A stretch of 64,000 nucleotides of DNA, from assembly GCA_963665115.1 (NCBI GenBank), contig OY762007.1:256001-320000 (forward strand), in the 5' to 3' direction. The DNA is from an uncultured Rivularia sp. GTDB lineage: Bacteria; Cyanobacteriota; Cyanobacteriia; Cyanobacteriales; Nostocaceae. This document shows, in pieces, positions 10,528-21,476 of this stretch; position 1 is the first letter of the stretch; each line of letters opens with the position of its first letter. A program made the position numbers and the translations under genes. The notes beneath the pieces were generated by a model, which saw only the letters and a program-made list of their open reading frames with translations, had not been told where the DNA came from and ran no database searches.

Positions 10528-12094
10528 TCATTTTAATTTAGCGATCGCCTCTCTCACAATCAAGGCTTTCCCTGTCAATAAATCCCGCACGGTAGCTACC
10601 AACATCCTCTGCTCGTTAACGCCAAATTTTACGGAAACTCTATCGATTCCCAATTCTCCAGGTGGCTCTAAATGCGCTATACAAACTTGTTGATGTTGAG
10701 TATCTAAGGAGCGATAGGTTTCCTGTTTCACTAAATGACTGCTTGTCATTCTTCCTTGAGCATCATAAGTAACTTCAGCTTGAGACATTTCCGCAATTTC
10801 ACCGATGTCGAGACGAATCTCTTTTTGTCCTTCTATGGCTGCCTGTAATATCAATGGTTCGTCAATTCTGGCTTTTTTATCGTTATTCCCTAAATAATTT
10901 GTACCTTTTTCAATCAATGTCATGTAGGAATATTTTTTACTATGGGGTTCCCATAACCGAATTGCATAGCTATGACGCAAATAATCATCGATTTCTACCA
11001 TTTCGTTTAAAGCCAAACCCCCATGTGCTACTGCTTCAAAGGGTTTGTCTAATTTAACTTTCTGTCTGCCAAAATAAGAAACAATCAATTGCTGTACTGC
11101 TTGAATTTGACAGCTACCTCCCACTAATAAAACCTTTTCTATATCCGCTTTGCCGATTCCTTTACTCAAGGCGATCGCTAACACTTCATCTAATGTCTGT
11201 CGCAGTTGCTCTAATAACTGACGATTCTCTAAAATATCTGCTAATTCATTCGGGTTTAACTGCAATTCGTGAGACATAAAATTCTCGTCGTCAAACCAAG
11301 ATTCCTTGGCTTCATTATCTGTGGAAAGCTTCATTTTCAATCTTTCGGCAATTTCCAATAAATTCTGATAACCAATTTCCCCTACTTCTTCCCGACTTGA
11401 ACTTGTTTTTCGCAGATAATCTTCGACAATCCAATTATCGATATCTATTCCACCCACAAAAGCATCGGATTTGGCGATAACTTCCGCACGTACAGATGAA
11501 GATTGAGAATTACTTTTGACGGTACGAACTAAACTTAAATCCAAAGTTCCACCACCGAAATCCACCACCAAAACCAAGCTGCCGGGGCGTTTTACAGCAT
11601 AACCTAAAGCTGCTGCTGTGGATTCATCAACGATTTGCAATTCGGGAATACCGAGCTTTTCACCCAAACCGTTAAACCAATGCAAATATCTTTCAAAAGC
11701 ACCCACGGGAACGGTAAAAATAACTCGACTGGGTTCCAATTGTTGTTTTACGTGACTCCAAATTTCTTTTAAAAACAGTTCCGATATCGCTTCAGCACTG
11801 TAATTAACATCATCCAAAACGCGGGGAGGGGGAACAAAATCCGCCGCTAAATCCCGTTTAAATGCTTGAAAATACCGCTGTGGTTGACTAAAACCCAATC
11901 TTTGAGAGCGTACAGGTTCGCCAAAAATCAAATTATTTGGCGATTTGACGAATACTTGCGAAGGAATCACGCTTACTTGGTTGAAACGACGTGAAAGCGA
12001 ATCAAATTTTAATGTACGCGGTTGTTGAGTAATAGTGTCGGTGGTACAAACAATGGTATTGCTGGTTTCCGAAGTCGATAATTATTGTTGTCAT
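10528..12094 (-). CDS. Atypical Hsp70/DnaK-family protein; +1 frameshift near 12067
   Basis: Restored N-terminus MTTIIIDFGTSNT; VDESTAAALGY, VVDFGGGTLD, LLVGGS; no canonical lid. Confidence 0.85.
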
Positions 12095-12329
12095 GAGTCT
12101 GGTTGTTGAATGTGTGAGGGGGTGGAGGGGGTAGAAAGAGGAATGAGGAATTATTTTAATTACTATAAATTTTGATTTTTGAAACGCAGAGGAATACAGA
12201 GGGAAACGCAAAGGAGCGCAGAGTTTTTTGTTCGTTTTTTTATAATTCCGAAGCAAGGGGAAAAATATTCGCAATTGTGAATGATTTATTCTTCCCCCTC
12301 TACCCCCTCTACCCTCTCTCCCCCCTCTC

Positions 12330-13112
12330 TTACTTCCCACCCGGAAGTGTACGACTAACTTTAGCGGGGGAAAGGATGTTACCTTGATGTTGATATCCTA
12401 TAAAACGGATGTAAACTTTTTCTCCTTGTTGAATATCTCCGGTGTCTGGTTGATGGATTTGGGGATTGTATTCAACTTGTTCCCAAGGTTTACCGATGGG
12501 TTGGTAATCCCATTCTTTTAATAAGTTGTCGAGAGGGGTGAAGCTGGAAAGTAAATTTTTCGCTGGTAATTCTGGTTTTACGTTTACCATCTGATGAATG
12601 CTGGGATAATTGACAAGCAGGGTTTGCAGTTTTTCAAATGTTGATTTACGAAATTCCTGGGTTAATTCAAGTTGCTGCTGTTGTAATTCCGAATGCAATC
12701 GCAAACCATCTTTTCGCAAAGTTTCTTTTTCTTGAGTTAGCTGCTGTAACTGCTGCTGTAATTCCAAACATTCCCGACGCTTCTTTTCTAACTCCGGATG
12801 TGGTGGAAGTATTCCCAATTTATCGAGAAAATTTCCTAATGGGATTGAGAGCGCGATCGCAATTTGTTCCAATTCATCCAAACTCAACGAATTCCCGTCA
12901 CCGTCTCGCAATTTCCATATAGCAGAATTGCTCAAACCGGATTTTTGCTGCAACTCTTTCCAATTAGCAATCTTATTTCGACGCATTAACTCCAAAAGTA
13001 ACTCGTCATTGCGATTTCCCGTAGCGTAGATTTTAGCTAATACAAACCGGATGATAGCAACGGATGTAATTATGATGAGAATGAATATTAATGATGTGTA
13101 GATAATTTTCAT
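12330..13112 (-). CDS. TM + XRE-type HTH + coiled coil + GrpE-like protein
   Basis: ELQQKSGLSNSAIWKLRDG HTH; C-terminal YNPQIHQ...VYIRFIGY...ILSPAKV resembles the GrpE beta-domain; next to Hsp70. Confidence 0.75.
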   Translation of the reverse strand: MKIIYTSLIFILIIITSVAIIRFVLAKIYATGNRNDELLLELMRRNKIANWKELQQKSGLSNSAIWKLRDGDGNSLSLDELEQIAIALSIPLGNFLDKLGILPPHPELEKKRRECLELQQQLQQLTQEKETLRKDGLRLHSELQQQQLELTQEFRKSTFEKLQTLLVNYPSIHQMVNVKPELPAKNLLSSFTPLDNLLKEWDYQPIGKPWEQVEYNPQIHQPDTGDIQQGEKVYIRFIGYQHQGNILSPAKVSRTLPGGK

Positions 13113-13195
13113 ATTTTAAAAGAGATTAATGTAGAGACGTAGCACTGCTACGTCTTGCCAACGTATACCGCACCTAACTGTAATTGCGAATTGTT

Positions 13196-13414
13196 TCAAC
13201 CGTTTTTATTCTTCAAAGATTGATTTTCAGTTGAAGTAATATTTTCCTCCCCTTCGTAATATTCGGGAAGCAATTCTTGACTTTCCACTTCTCCTAAAGC
13301 GTCTTCAATTCCGGAAGTGGTTTCGGTACATCCAGCACCGGAAGCGCCGATGACATTCTCAGTAATTTTACCGTCTTTACCAATGCGATATTCTACTTTC
13401 CTATACTCAGCCAT
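13196..13414 (-). CDS. DUF2997-family small protein
   Basis: VEYRIGKDGKITENVIGASGAGCTETT..IEDALG...PEYY. Confidence 0.8.
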   Translation of the reverse strand: MAEYRKVEYRIGKDGKITENVIGASGAGCTETTSGIEDALGEVESQELLPEYYEGEENITSTENQSLKNKNG

Positions 13415-13577
13415 GATTTATTCCTCTGGGTAGATAATACAGTTATAACAATGTAATGGGGCATTGGGCATTGGGCATTGGGAATAGGAAATGGGAATGA
13501 AGAAAACAACTAAGGAGCAAGATGCTCCCACTACGGTTTTTTCTCGCCATCTCACTATCTACCCCCTCTCCCCCCTC

Positions 13578-14423
13578 TCACACTGGAATCCTCTCCAATA
13601 TCCCCTCACCAAAAACTTTATCTAATTCCAAATAATCGAGATGCACGTAACCGATATGACAGTGACAGGTTTGGTTACTACAATCACGCTCTCGTAATAC
13701 TTGCTGCCAATCTTGGTGATAAATATTACCAATGGGCTGTTTAATAAAATGGCATCTCCTCATCGTACCTTCACCGTCAACGGAAATCATCGATTTACCA
13801 GCGCGACAGGAACGCCCAAAGCTGGGATAATGATGGGTGTTGAGGTGATAAAGTGGATCGATGGATTCAAAGAATTTTCTGTCTGATGGTGATAATTGAG
13901 AAATTTGTTTTTTGACAGCATTAATCCACAGATAAACGTGAGAGGGTAATTCCTGACGTAAAGCTGCAATTTCGTTTTTGTACTGGGGAAATCCGACAAC
14001 ACCAGCACTAAAACGAACTTTACGTTTATCTAATTCCAGACATTGGGAAACATAACTTTGACGGGATACCCATTCGGGATGAAAAGTAGCCCATAACGCT
14101 AAAGTATCCTTGTTGCAATCTTCCACCCAATCCAAATTACAGGAGAGATTGGTTTGAATTGCGGCTTTGTTAACGTGAGACATTTGGGTTAAGTTAACTA
14201 AAGCTTGTTGATAGTGCTTGTGGATGAGAGCTTCACCCCAAGGAGTAAATAAAATCGAAAATTGATGCTGGGGATGTTGGGAAATCCAATCTACGAAACG
14301 TTGTAATTGTTGTTTGTCAATGTTTGATTCCGCTGCTGTTTGTTGACGTTTGGCGAAGGGACAATATTCGCATCCGTAGTTACAGCTGATGAGGGAACCT
14401 CGGTAGAGGATTTTTAGGTGCAT
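13578..14423 (-). CDS. STM4011-family radical SAM protein
   Basis: ILYRGSLISCNYGCEYCPFAK; FTPWGEAL; C-terminal CRAG...RRCHF...CHCHIGY. Confidence 0.85.
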   Translation of the reverse strand: MHLKILYRGSLISCNYGCEYCPFAKRQQTAAESNIDKQQLQRFVDWISQHPQHQFSILFTPWGEALIHKHYQQALVNLTQMSHVNKAAIQTNLSCNLDWVEDCNKDTLALWATFHPEWVSRQSYVSQCLELDKRKVRFSAGVVGFPQYKNEIAALRQELPSHVYLWINAVKKQISQLSPSDRKFFESIDPLYHLNTHHYPSFGRSCRAGKSMISVDGEGTMRRCHFIKQPIGNIYHQDWQQVLRERDCSNQTCHCHIGYVHLDYLELDKVFGEGILERIPV

Positions 14424-14444
14424 TTTTTGGTTTTTATTTAGGGT

Positions 14445-15719
14445 TTAAAATTCTAATAAGTAATCGAGATAATCTGGATCTTGTCTATCAGCTATAACTT
14501 CGATATCTAATTGTTTTAACCGTTCAACCATTTCATCGCTTAAATAATTATCGGAAACATCAAGGGTATCTAAATTTTTTATAAATGGACAATTTAATAA
14601 AGCTTCTGCACCTTCGTCATTTATACTTCCCATTGAAAGGTCTAATTCAACTAAATTTTCAATAATCGAAGAATCTACTATTCCAAAAGGGACATGATTT
14701 AAGTCCTCAAGGTTATTTTTACAGTTACGTATTCCCAAGTACTTAAGCTTAGGAAATATTTTAGAAAAAACTTGCATAAGTTCTTTAATACCCATGCGAG
14801 AATAAGTAGAACCGTTCTCACTTGTAATAGACCACAACTCAAAATATTCTAATGCTGGCAATTCAAGATTATGAATTTCAAAGATTAATTCCATATCAAT
14901 TCTCTTGCATTCAATAATTAGTGCTTTTAAATTTTCATGTCGAATAGAGTTTATTTCTAATCCCAATCTCTTTTCATTATAAGTGTATGTTTTACAATTA
15001 CTAAACCTAATTTTAAGAATTTCTAAATTTGGATAAGCTAATAAAATATAGCTAATATTAATATTTTCAATTGGATAGTATTCTCTATCATGAATATTTT
15101 CTATACATAATGCTTTAAGATTTGTTAGATTTTCACTAGCATTTAACAACGCATCTATAAGAGATAAATCTTTTGTATACCAAAATCCTAATACCAAAGC
15201 TTTTATCTGGTGAGCTAAAGGATTTTTTTGTAATATTTGTAATTTTTCTGTACTAATAAGGTTTTTCGGAGACAAATCCCAATCAGATACTCTTATAGCA
15301 TAAGCTGTGTTAATCGTATCAGTAATACCAATTTCGGGGTCAAATTCTATTACCTTTCGATTAGCAAATGTAGTTGCATGATTCGTTGAGAATTTATAAC
15401 TTTTTTCAAAGCTAGTCCAGAATTTATAATCTTTTAAAGCTTGTTTGACGTGAATTTCTTCTTTATCTTGTAATAATTTATAAGTGTATTTTCTAATTTG
15501 TTCAGAATCATGTTTCAAGGTCTTAATTAACGTCTTTAAACCCACATCTCCATAATTCAAAGCATCATTCAAAGCTGCAATTTGCGCGTCAACATTAGAA
15601 CTCGACAAACGCCTTTTTACACCTTCAATTCCTCCTAAAACCGCGCCGTGAATTGGCGGTGGTGCGTTTCCTCCGAGTACTGCGTCGTATTTGTTGGGTT
15701 GGTTTTGGTTGTTTGTCAT
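14445..15719 (-). CDS. STM4015-like LRR protein with shared N-terminal module
   Basis: LPALEYFELW, FPKLKYLGIRN, LDLSMGSINDEGAEALL, LDVSDNYL. Confidence 0.75.
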   Translation of the reverse strand: MTNNQNQPNKYDAVLGGNAPPPIHGAVLGGIEGVKRRLSSSNVDAQIAALNDALNYGDVGLKTLIKTLKHDSEQIRKYTYKLLQDKEEIHVKQALKDYKFWTSFEKSYKFSTNHATTFANRKVIEFDPEIGITDTINTAYAIRVSDWDLSPKNLISTEKLQILQKNPLAHQIKALVLGFWYTKDLSLIDALLNASENLTNLKALCIENIHDREYYPIENINISYILLAYPNLEILKIRFSNCKTYTYNEKRLGLEINSIRHENLKALIIECKRIDMELIFEIHNLELPALEYFELWSITSENGSTYSRMGIKELMQVFSKIFPKLKYLGIRNCKNNLEDLNHVPFGIVDSSIIENLVELDLSMGSINDEGAEALLNCPFIKNLDTLDVSDNYLSDEMVERLKQLDIEVIADRQDPDYLDYLLEF

Positions 15720-15891
15720 TTTTATCCACCATTAATTTACTAAATAACCGAAAAAACTCCGCGCTCCTCTGCGTTAAGCTCAGCGCTCCTCTGCGTTTAA
15801 AAAATATGTTGTTGGTTTATCAAAATATTGAATTGTGATTTCACGTTGGGGAGACGTAGCAGTGCTACGTCTCTACACAGGTGTCAGGTTG

Positions 15892-17266
15892 TCATTTCAA
15901 TTCATATCTCTGCATCAATTCCCTAACTTTGCTAGAAAACAACCATTCCCCAATCGCATCGGAATATTCCACACCAGTTTGAGTCAATCGCAATATTCTG
16001 CTGTCATTAACAACTAAATTCAAATCAATTAGCTCCGATAACTCCGGAAAATCGCTAAATAATTCTGTATTAAATTGCGTTTGATATTGATGTAAATTCA
16101 ATCCTTCATGAGAAAGTAATGACAATAAAATGTACCTTCTGCGCTTCTCTTCAGCATCCAGCTGAAAACCGTAATTAACAAAATCAAAGGAATCTTCCGG
16201 TGTTTGAATATACCCTTGCAAAATCTCGCTGATTCCCTTTCCTCCAACAGCGTATTCGTTGGAATAATGCAAATCATCAGTATAAGAAACGCGCTCCGCA
16301 TCCGATTCCGACCATTCCGTCTTGTTGACAACAGTAAACAGGTTCCTGATGTAGAGACGTTATACATAACGTCTCCTCCGTGTTGCGCTGGAACATTCGC
16401 ATTGATTTTTGGGTGTATCCTTGTGATAAAAGAAAATCCCTTCCTTGACGGTAACAATTCAAGCGGATGTCATCCCATTCTTTTTCTGATGTTCCCAATC
16501 CGGTGAGGGGACGCACGTACAGGGGATACAAAAATATTTCTTCTGGTTCAAACTGCAATGCAGCCCGTATCGATTGCAACCAGGTGTCTACTGTTTGTCC
16601 GGGTAATCCGTAGATTAAATCAATGTTGATTGTGGGAAAACCGGCGGCTCGCATTCTTGTTAGTGCGGCTTCTACTTCGGCGGTGGTTTGACGGCGGTTA
16701 ACTGCTGCAACCTCGGATTCAAAGAAGCTTTGGACTCCGATACTGGCACGGGTAACTCCTCGCGATCGCAACAACCTTAACTTATCTTTGGTAGCGGTTT
16801 CCGGTGACATTTCCACGGATATAGGAATCTGTTGTAAATCCGCGCCCATCGTATCTTCGGCAACATTCAACACGGTTTCTAAATGGTGAATCGGTAACTG
16901 AGTCGGTGTACCTCCACCAATAGCGAGACGTGCAAATGAACTTTTACCCAAAACAGCTTTGACGTGTTTGGCTTGTTTTTGTAGGGTATTGACGTATTGA
17001 GTCACAAAATCTTCATTGTGGGTGACTGTGGTAAATAAATTGCAGAAACCACACCTCATTTCACAAAATGGGATGTGAATGTAGAGGAATAAAGCGTTTT
17101 TGTCTTCTTGACTCCAGACATCGGTGAGGGGTTTTCGGGGGGAAATCGGACGATAAGCGGTTTTGTGGGGGTAGGAATAAACGTAGGATTGGAAGATTTT
17201 GGATTTTAATAAAGGATGGGTTGGCAACGGATGGCGGATTGGTAACGGATGGTTGTTGGTTATCAT
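15892..17266 (-). CDS. STM4012-family (HemN-like) radical SAM protein; +1 frameshift near 16287
   Basis: YSYPHKTAYR, LYIHIPFCEMRCGFCNLF, GGGTPT; removing one T joins GIGCGARSYTDDLHYS. Confidence 0.85.
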
Positions 17267-17307
17267 GATTGAGGTTTTGGTATAGATGTTTGTGAGATAT
17301 TGCGTTA

Positions 17308-17413
17308 CTCGTTACCACGCTCTGCGTGGTAATGCGTATCTGGAGGCTCTGCCTCCGGTATATAAAAGGCAGAGCCTTTTGTCATGCATTCCCAGGTGAA
17401 ACCTGGGAACGAG
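17308..17413. repeat. CTCGTT...AACGAG REPIN/MITE overlapping the hydrolase 3' end
   Basis: Terminal inverted CTCGTT/AACGAG; internal AGGCTCTGCCT/AGGCAGAGCCT hairpin. Confidence 0.65.
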
Positions 17414-18203
17414 AAAGGTGAGTCTCCAACACAAATTCCCCATAAGGAACAGTCCACACGACGGGATGACTAACCCGGTGTCCGGTGTAACCATCTTCAC
17501 CGTATGTTGTTCCGTGGTCGGAGGTGAGTATGCAGAAGGTAGAAGCACGTTTTTGTAAGGCATTCCAGAGTTTTCCTAGTTGAATGTCGATGTATTCCAA
17601 AGCGGCGGCATGAGTTGCTAATGTGTCTGTTTTAGCACCTTCAAGGTAAAAGTAATTGGGTTGATGAAGGGCGGAAATATTAATAAATAAGAATAAACGT
17701 TGACTTTGAGGAGTTTTATTGAGGATTTTCTCGGCTAATAGGATTTGATTTTCTGTAGATTTTGGATCGGTAACTCCTAATTCTCGATTCCAGTAACTTT
17801 CTGCGAACATTGAAGGAATCACGTTACTCAAGGGATTCTGTTTGTTGAAAAATCCTACACCACCAATACAAACGGTATGATAACCCTTGCGCGATAATCC
17901 TTTAACTATATTTTCACCTTCTAAAAGACAAGTTTTTTCCGTAGTTGTGGTACTTCCGGCGAATTTCAAAGCGAACAATCTGGGGTGAATTCCTGGAGTG
18001 ACGGGAGTAGGAAGAAAACCCGCGAAAAATGCTTGATGGGATGCATAAGTAAAACTTCCCGGTGAATGTCGTTTTTCCCAACCATTTGGTAATACCTTGG
18101 CTAAATTTGGAGTGCGGTTTTGTGAAAGTAAATCTGTTGCGATGTCGTAGCGGAGGGTGTCGAGGGTGATGAATACGATGTCGTGGGTGCCGATGATTTG
18201 CAT
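17382..18203 (-). CDS. STM4013/SEN3800-family hydrolase (sulfatase/alkaline phosphatase fold)
   Basis: FITLDTLRYD, HSPGSFTYASH, LHQP, TSDHGT.YGEDGYTGH. Confidence 0.85.
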   Translation of the reverse strand: MQIIGTHDIVFITLDTLRYDIATDLLSQNRTPNLAKVLPNGWEKRHSPGSFTYASHQAFFAGFLPTPVTPGIHPRLFALKFAGSTTTTEKTCLLEGENIVKGLSRKGYHTVCIGGVGFFNKQNPLSNVIPSMFAESYWNRELGVTDPKSTENQILLAEKILNKTPQSQRLFLFINISALHQPNYFYLEGAKTDTLATHAAALEYIDIQLGKLWNALQKRASTFCILTSDHGTTYGEDGYTGHRVSHPVVWTVPYGEFVLETHLSRSQVSPGNA

Positions 18204-18210
18204 TTTTTTA

Positions 18211-18266
18211 GAGGGGGGAGAGGGGGGAGAGGGGGGAGAGGGGGTAGAGGGGGTAGAGGGGGTAGA
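18211..18266 (+). repeat. Tandem 9-mer GAGGGGG(G/T)A array, six units
   Basis: Read directly; inverted counterpart at 18778-18813. Confidence 0.8.
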
Positions 18267-18334
18267 AAAGATAGATTTGGTTAAGAAGTGGGAATTATAG
18301 GGGGGAAGGTTTCATTTAATAAGGTTTTTAATTT

Positions 18335-18727
18335 GTGAATACAGAAAGAAAGGTATTTAGAAGTCATGAGGAATTGGTTGTATTTCAATTGGCTTTTGAT
18401 TCATCAATGGCTATTTATAATATTTCTAAAAAGTTTCCTAAAGAAGAAACATATTCTTTAACAGATCAAATTCGTCGCTCTTCGCGTTCGGTATGTGCTA
18501 ATTTAGCGGAAGCATGGAGAAAAAGAAGATATCAAGCCTCTTTTATTGCAAAGCTAAGTGATAGCGAAGCAGAAGCTGCTGAAACTCAAGTTTGGATAAA
18601 ATTCGCTGTTAAATGCTCCTATATAGAAATTGAACAAGCTAGAGAACTATATAAAACCTACAATCAAATCCTGAAAGGCTTAGTAAACATGATTCACAAC
18701 TCCGAAAAATGGACAATCAAAAAATAA
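18335..18727 (+). CDS. Four-helix-bundle protein (23S-IVS/Avd-like family)
   Basis: FPKEETYSLTDQIRRSSRSVCANLAEAWRKR...SEAEAAETQVW. Confidence 0.9.
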   Translation: MNTERKVFRSHEELVVFQLAFDSSMAIYNISKKFPKEETYSLTDQIRRSSRSVCANLAEAWRKRRYQASFIAKLSDSEAEAAETQVWIKFAVKCSYIEIEQARELYKTYNQILKGLVNMIHNSEKWTIKK

Positions 18728-18777
18728 CTTAACTTACACTTTCATCTTCCCAACATTTTTGTTTTGAATTAATTAAT

Positions 18778-20017
18778 CTACCCCCTCTCCCCCTCTACCC
18801 CCTCTACCCCCTCCCTTCTTCCCAACAATGCTTTCACCTCACTCATATAAGTATCCATCCCATTCCACAAAATCCCCGGCAACAAATCCCCAAAAGCATT
18901 AATTTCCAAAACCGCGTGTTGTTCCCAATCCGGTAAAATCATCAAGTCAACTCCGCAATATAAACTATTAGGAAATAAAGCAGCAGCTTCTTCACAAGTA
19001 CGTTTAATTTTCTGCCAATTCTCATCACCAACTTTGTCTAAAAATTCATTTATATTTCCTCTTTCGTTACCCAAATGTAAGTTAGTCATCGGACTTTTTC
19101 CCAAACGAACAACTGTATGTTGTGCTTCACCATCGATAACCACAACTCGCAAATCAAAACCGCATCCTTGTAACCGTGCTTTCGGTAGCCATTCCTCAAC
19201 AATTACCCCTTCGGCAGTTAAAATATTGATAATATCGGCGATTTCTTCGCGTTTTGTATAGTTACGAATTCTGCGGGAGTTATACAGTAAAGTTTCCCCG
19301 TCTTCTCGTACTCTTTCCACGGTAGTGATAGCCGATTCAAAGCGGGAATTAGCGCGGTAAGCGATGACACCAGAAGCGCTCGAACCGTGAGATAATTTTA
19401 TGAAAACCCGTTCCAAACCTTGAGATTGCATTTGTTCGCGCAGATGTTCGTAACAGTGGATTTTACCCAAACTACGCGCTACGGGAACGTTATTTTTGCT
19501 AAATATTTCGTGACACCTTGGTTTGTCAAACATTACCGCAATATCACGGGGATGATTCATAACTTTATTCTCCCCTCTACTTAAACAAGGAGAGGGGTTG
19601 GGGGTGAGGTTTCAATTCCTGTTCCCATCGTTGCAACAAATTTCGCCATCCCAAATACCACTGTCGCGGATAAAGAATCCTTCCCTTATCAAACTCCAAC
19701 TTCTCAACTTCATTAGAAGTAATCCGTTGATAATTATTATTTTCTACCCCCTCTTCCCCCTCTTCCCCCTCTTCCCCCTCTCCCCCCTCTAACTCCTCCC
19801 CAGCAGCAATAATCGCTTTATCAACCTCAAAGTTTTTCTCCGGAGAATCAAAGCGGATGATATTGTTGGGTTTGAATTGTTCGAGGTTTTGTTCACCTGT
19901 AATTAAGTCTGCATAGGATATGACGGTTGCGGGTGGTAGGTTGAGGTTTGCAAGTGCTTGTTGGAGGAATCCGACGCGACGGTTTTCGGGGTTGGCTATG
20001 ATAGTTAGGGTTTTCAT
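18778..20017 (-). CDS. STM4014-family ATP-grasp protein; split by a +1 frameshift inside a repeat insertion near 19583
   Basis: N-half IANPENRRV...IRFDSP...PRQWY; C-half MFDKPRCH, FIKLSHGSSASG, FDLRVVV, PMTNLHLGN, LEINAFGDLLP. Confidence 0.85.
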
Positions 20018-20032
20018 GGGGTTGATGGTGGT

Positions 20033-21271
20033 TTATTCAGATAATGCCCAATAACGCATACTAGATTCATCCTCATTTTGAGGATGTGCAATTAAGCAGC
20101 AATCAGGAGGTGATAATTGTTCAACTTCTTCAATAAATTCTTTAGTCACGTAGTTATGAGAAATATTAAAGGTATATAAATTAGAAAGGCTAGGGACTTC
20201 AAGTAAGGTTTCTAAACCTTCATCACTTAAATTTCCCATCGATAAATCAAGTATTAAAAGATGACCAATTATAGGATTGTCAGCCATAAAAGAAGATTCT
20301 GTAATCGCATTAGCAATTTCATCAGCATATTTGCTGCTATGTATTCCTAAATAGCTTAGTTTCGGAAATGATTCGCTAAAAAGAATTGGCTTCAAATTTT
20401 TAATCACATTGTTTAAGCTATTTTCAAATTGCCTACCTATCTCTATTTCAAAGCATCCATCTATCCATAAATCCAAATATTCTAAAGCAGGTAAATTCAG
20501 CGAACACATCATCTGAAACTCAATGTTTCCAATGTATGTCGTTTCAATAACAAGTGTTTTTAAATTATCATGTGCTAATATGCTACATTCCAAATGATTA
20601 CAACAACCACGAAGGTGCAAAATTTCTAAATTTGGATAACCTTCTAACAATAAATTGATATCACCAATCCCAAAATAAGATTGCCTAGATTCGTATCTTT
20701 GCTCATCACCTAAGAATAAAGCTTTTAAATTAGATAAGCTTCTGCGATTGTCAAAAATAGTATTAACAAAATCATAATATTCTTGATATATTTTGCATTT
20801 ATAAGAATGATTCTGTAAATAACAAATCAAAGCTTCAACTTCATTTACCCTATTGTCTTGGATTAAAAGTTTTAATTTCTCCAAATTCACAACATAAGCT
20901 TTACCCTCTGGATTCACAATTCCAATTTCAGAATCAAACTCTTCAACTTCCCAATCATTCAACTTCGTAAAATACAAATAAGGATCGAATTTCAACAGCG
21001 CTTGTTTACCCTTTTCACCTCCCCTTTCCTTTAACAACCTCACAGCAAAACTTTTTACCTGTAATGAATCATCTTCCAACGCTTCAATCACCAAATCTAA
21101 ACCCGCTTCCCCATAATTCAAAACATCCGAAAGCGCTTTAACTCGTACATCTACAATTTCACTTTCTAACCGTCGCTTAACTCCTTCAATTCCTCCCAAC
21201 ACAGCACCCGTAACCGGAGGTGGGTTGTTTCCGCCTAAAACTGCGTCGAATTCTCTTGGCTGTTGTGACAT
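20033..21271 (-). CDS. STM4015-like LRR protein with shared N-terminal module
   Basis: LKALFLGD, YPNLEILHLRG, LPALEYLDLW, LDLSMGNLSDEG, ends RYWALSE. Confidence 0.8.
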   Translation of the reverse strand: MSQQPREFDAVLGGNNPPPVTGAVLGGIEGVKRRLESEIVDVRVKALSDVLNYGEAGLDLVIEALEDDSLQVKSFAVRLLKERGGEKGKQALLKFDPYLYFTKLNDWEVEEFDSEIGIVNPEGKAYVVNLEKLKLLIQDNRVNEVEALICYLQNHSYKCKIYQEYYDFVNTIFDNRRSLSNLKALFLGDEQRYESRQSYFGIGDINLLLEGYPNLEILHLRGCCNHLECSILAHDNLKTLVIETTYIGNIEFQMMCSLNLPALEYLDLWIDGCFEIEIGRQFENSLNNVIKNLKPILFSESFPKLSYLGIHSSKYADEIANAITESSFMADNPIIGHLLILDLSMGNLSDEGLETLLEVPSLSNLYTFNISHNYVTKEFIEEVEQLSPPDCCLIAHPQNEDESSMRYWALSE

Positions 21272-21345
21272 GATAGTTTTGTTTTGATGATAATATTAGG
21301 TTTCCCAAAATATTTTAAAATTTATCTTTTGCTTTTGGATTCATA

Positions 21346-21469
21346 CCCGCTTGCGGTTGCAAACCACAAGCTAATAGCAGAAGTCCATTAAAATGGACTG
21401 AAAATTGTAATTTTTTAGTCCTATTTATAGGACTTTCGCTATTAGCCTTGGGTTTGCAACCCAAGGTGG
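21346..21469. repeat. ~125-bp palindromic REPIN/MITE between LRR paralogs
   Basis: GGTTGCAAACC..GCTAATAGCAGAAGTCCATTAAAATGGACT...AGTCCTATTTATAGGACT..TAGCCTTGGGTTTGCAACCCAAGG. Confidence 0.8.
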
Positions 21470-21476
21470 TTTAAGG

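Noticed and set aside
12002..12387. ORFs 12002-12340(-) and 12172-12387(+)
   Set aside because: Read-through of intergenic repeats; only 12094-12067 is the true Hsp70 start
18335..18727. Diversity-generating retroelement (Avd-like gene near variable paralogs)
   Set aside because: No reverse transcriptase and no TR/VR pair with adenine-specific mismatches seen
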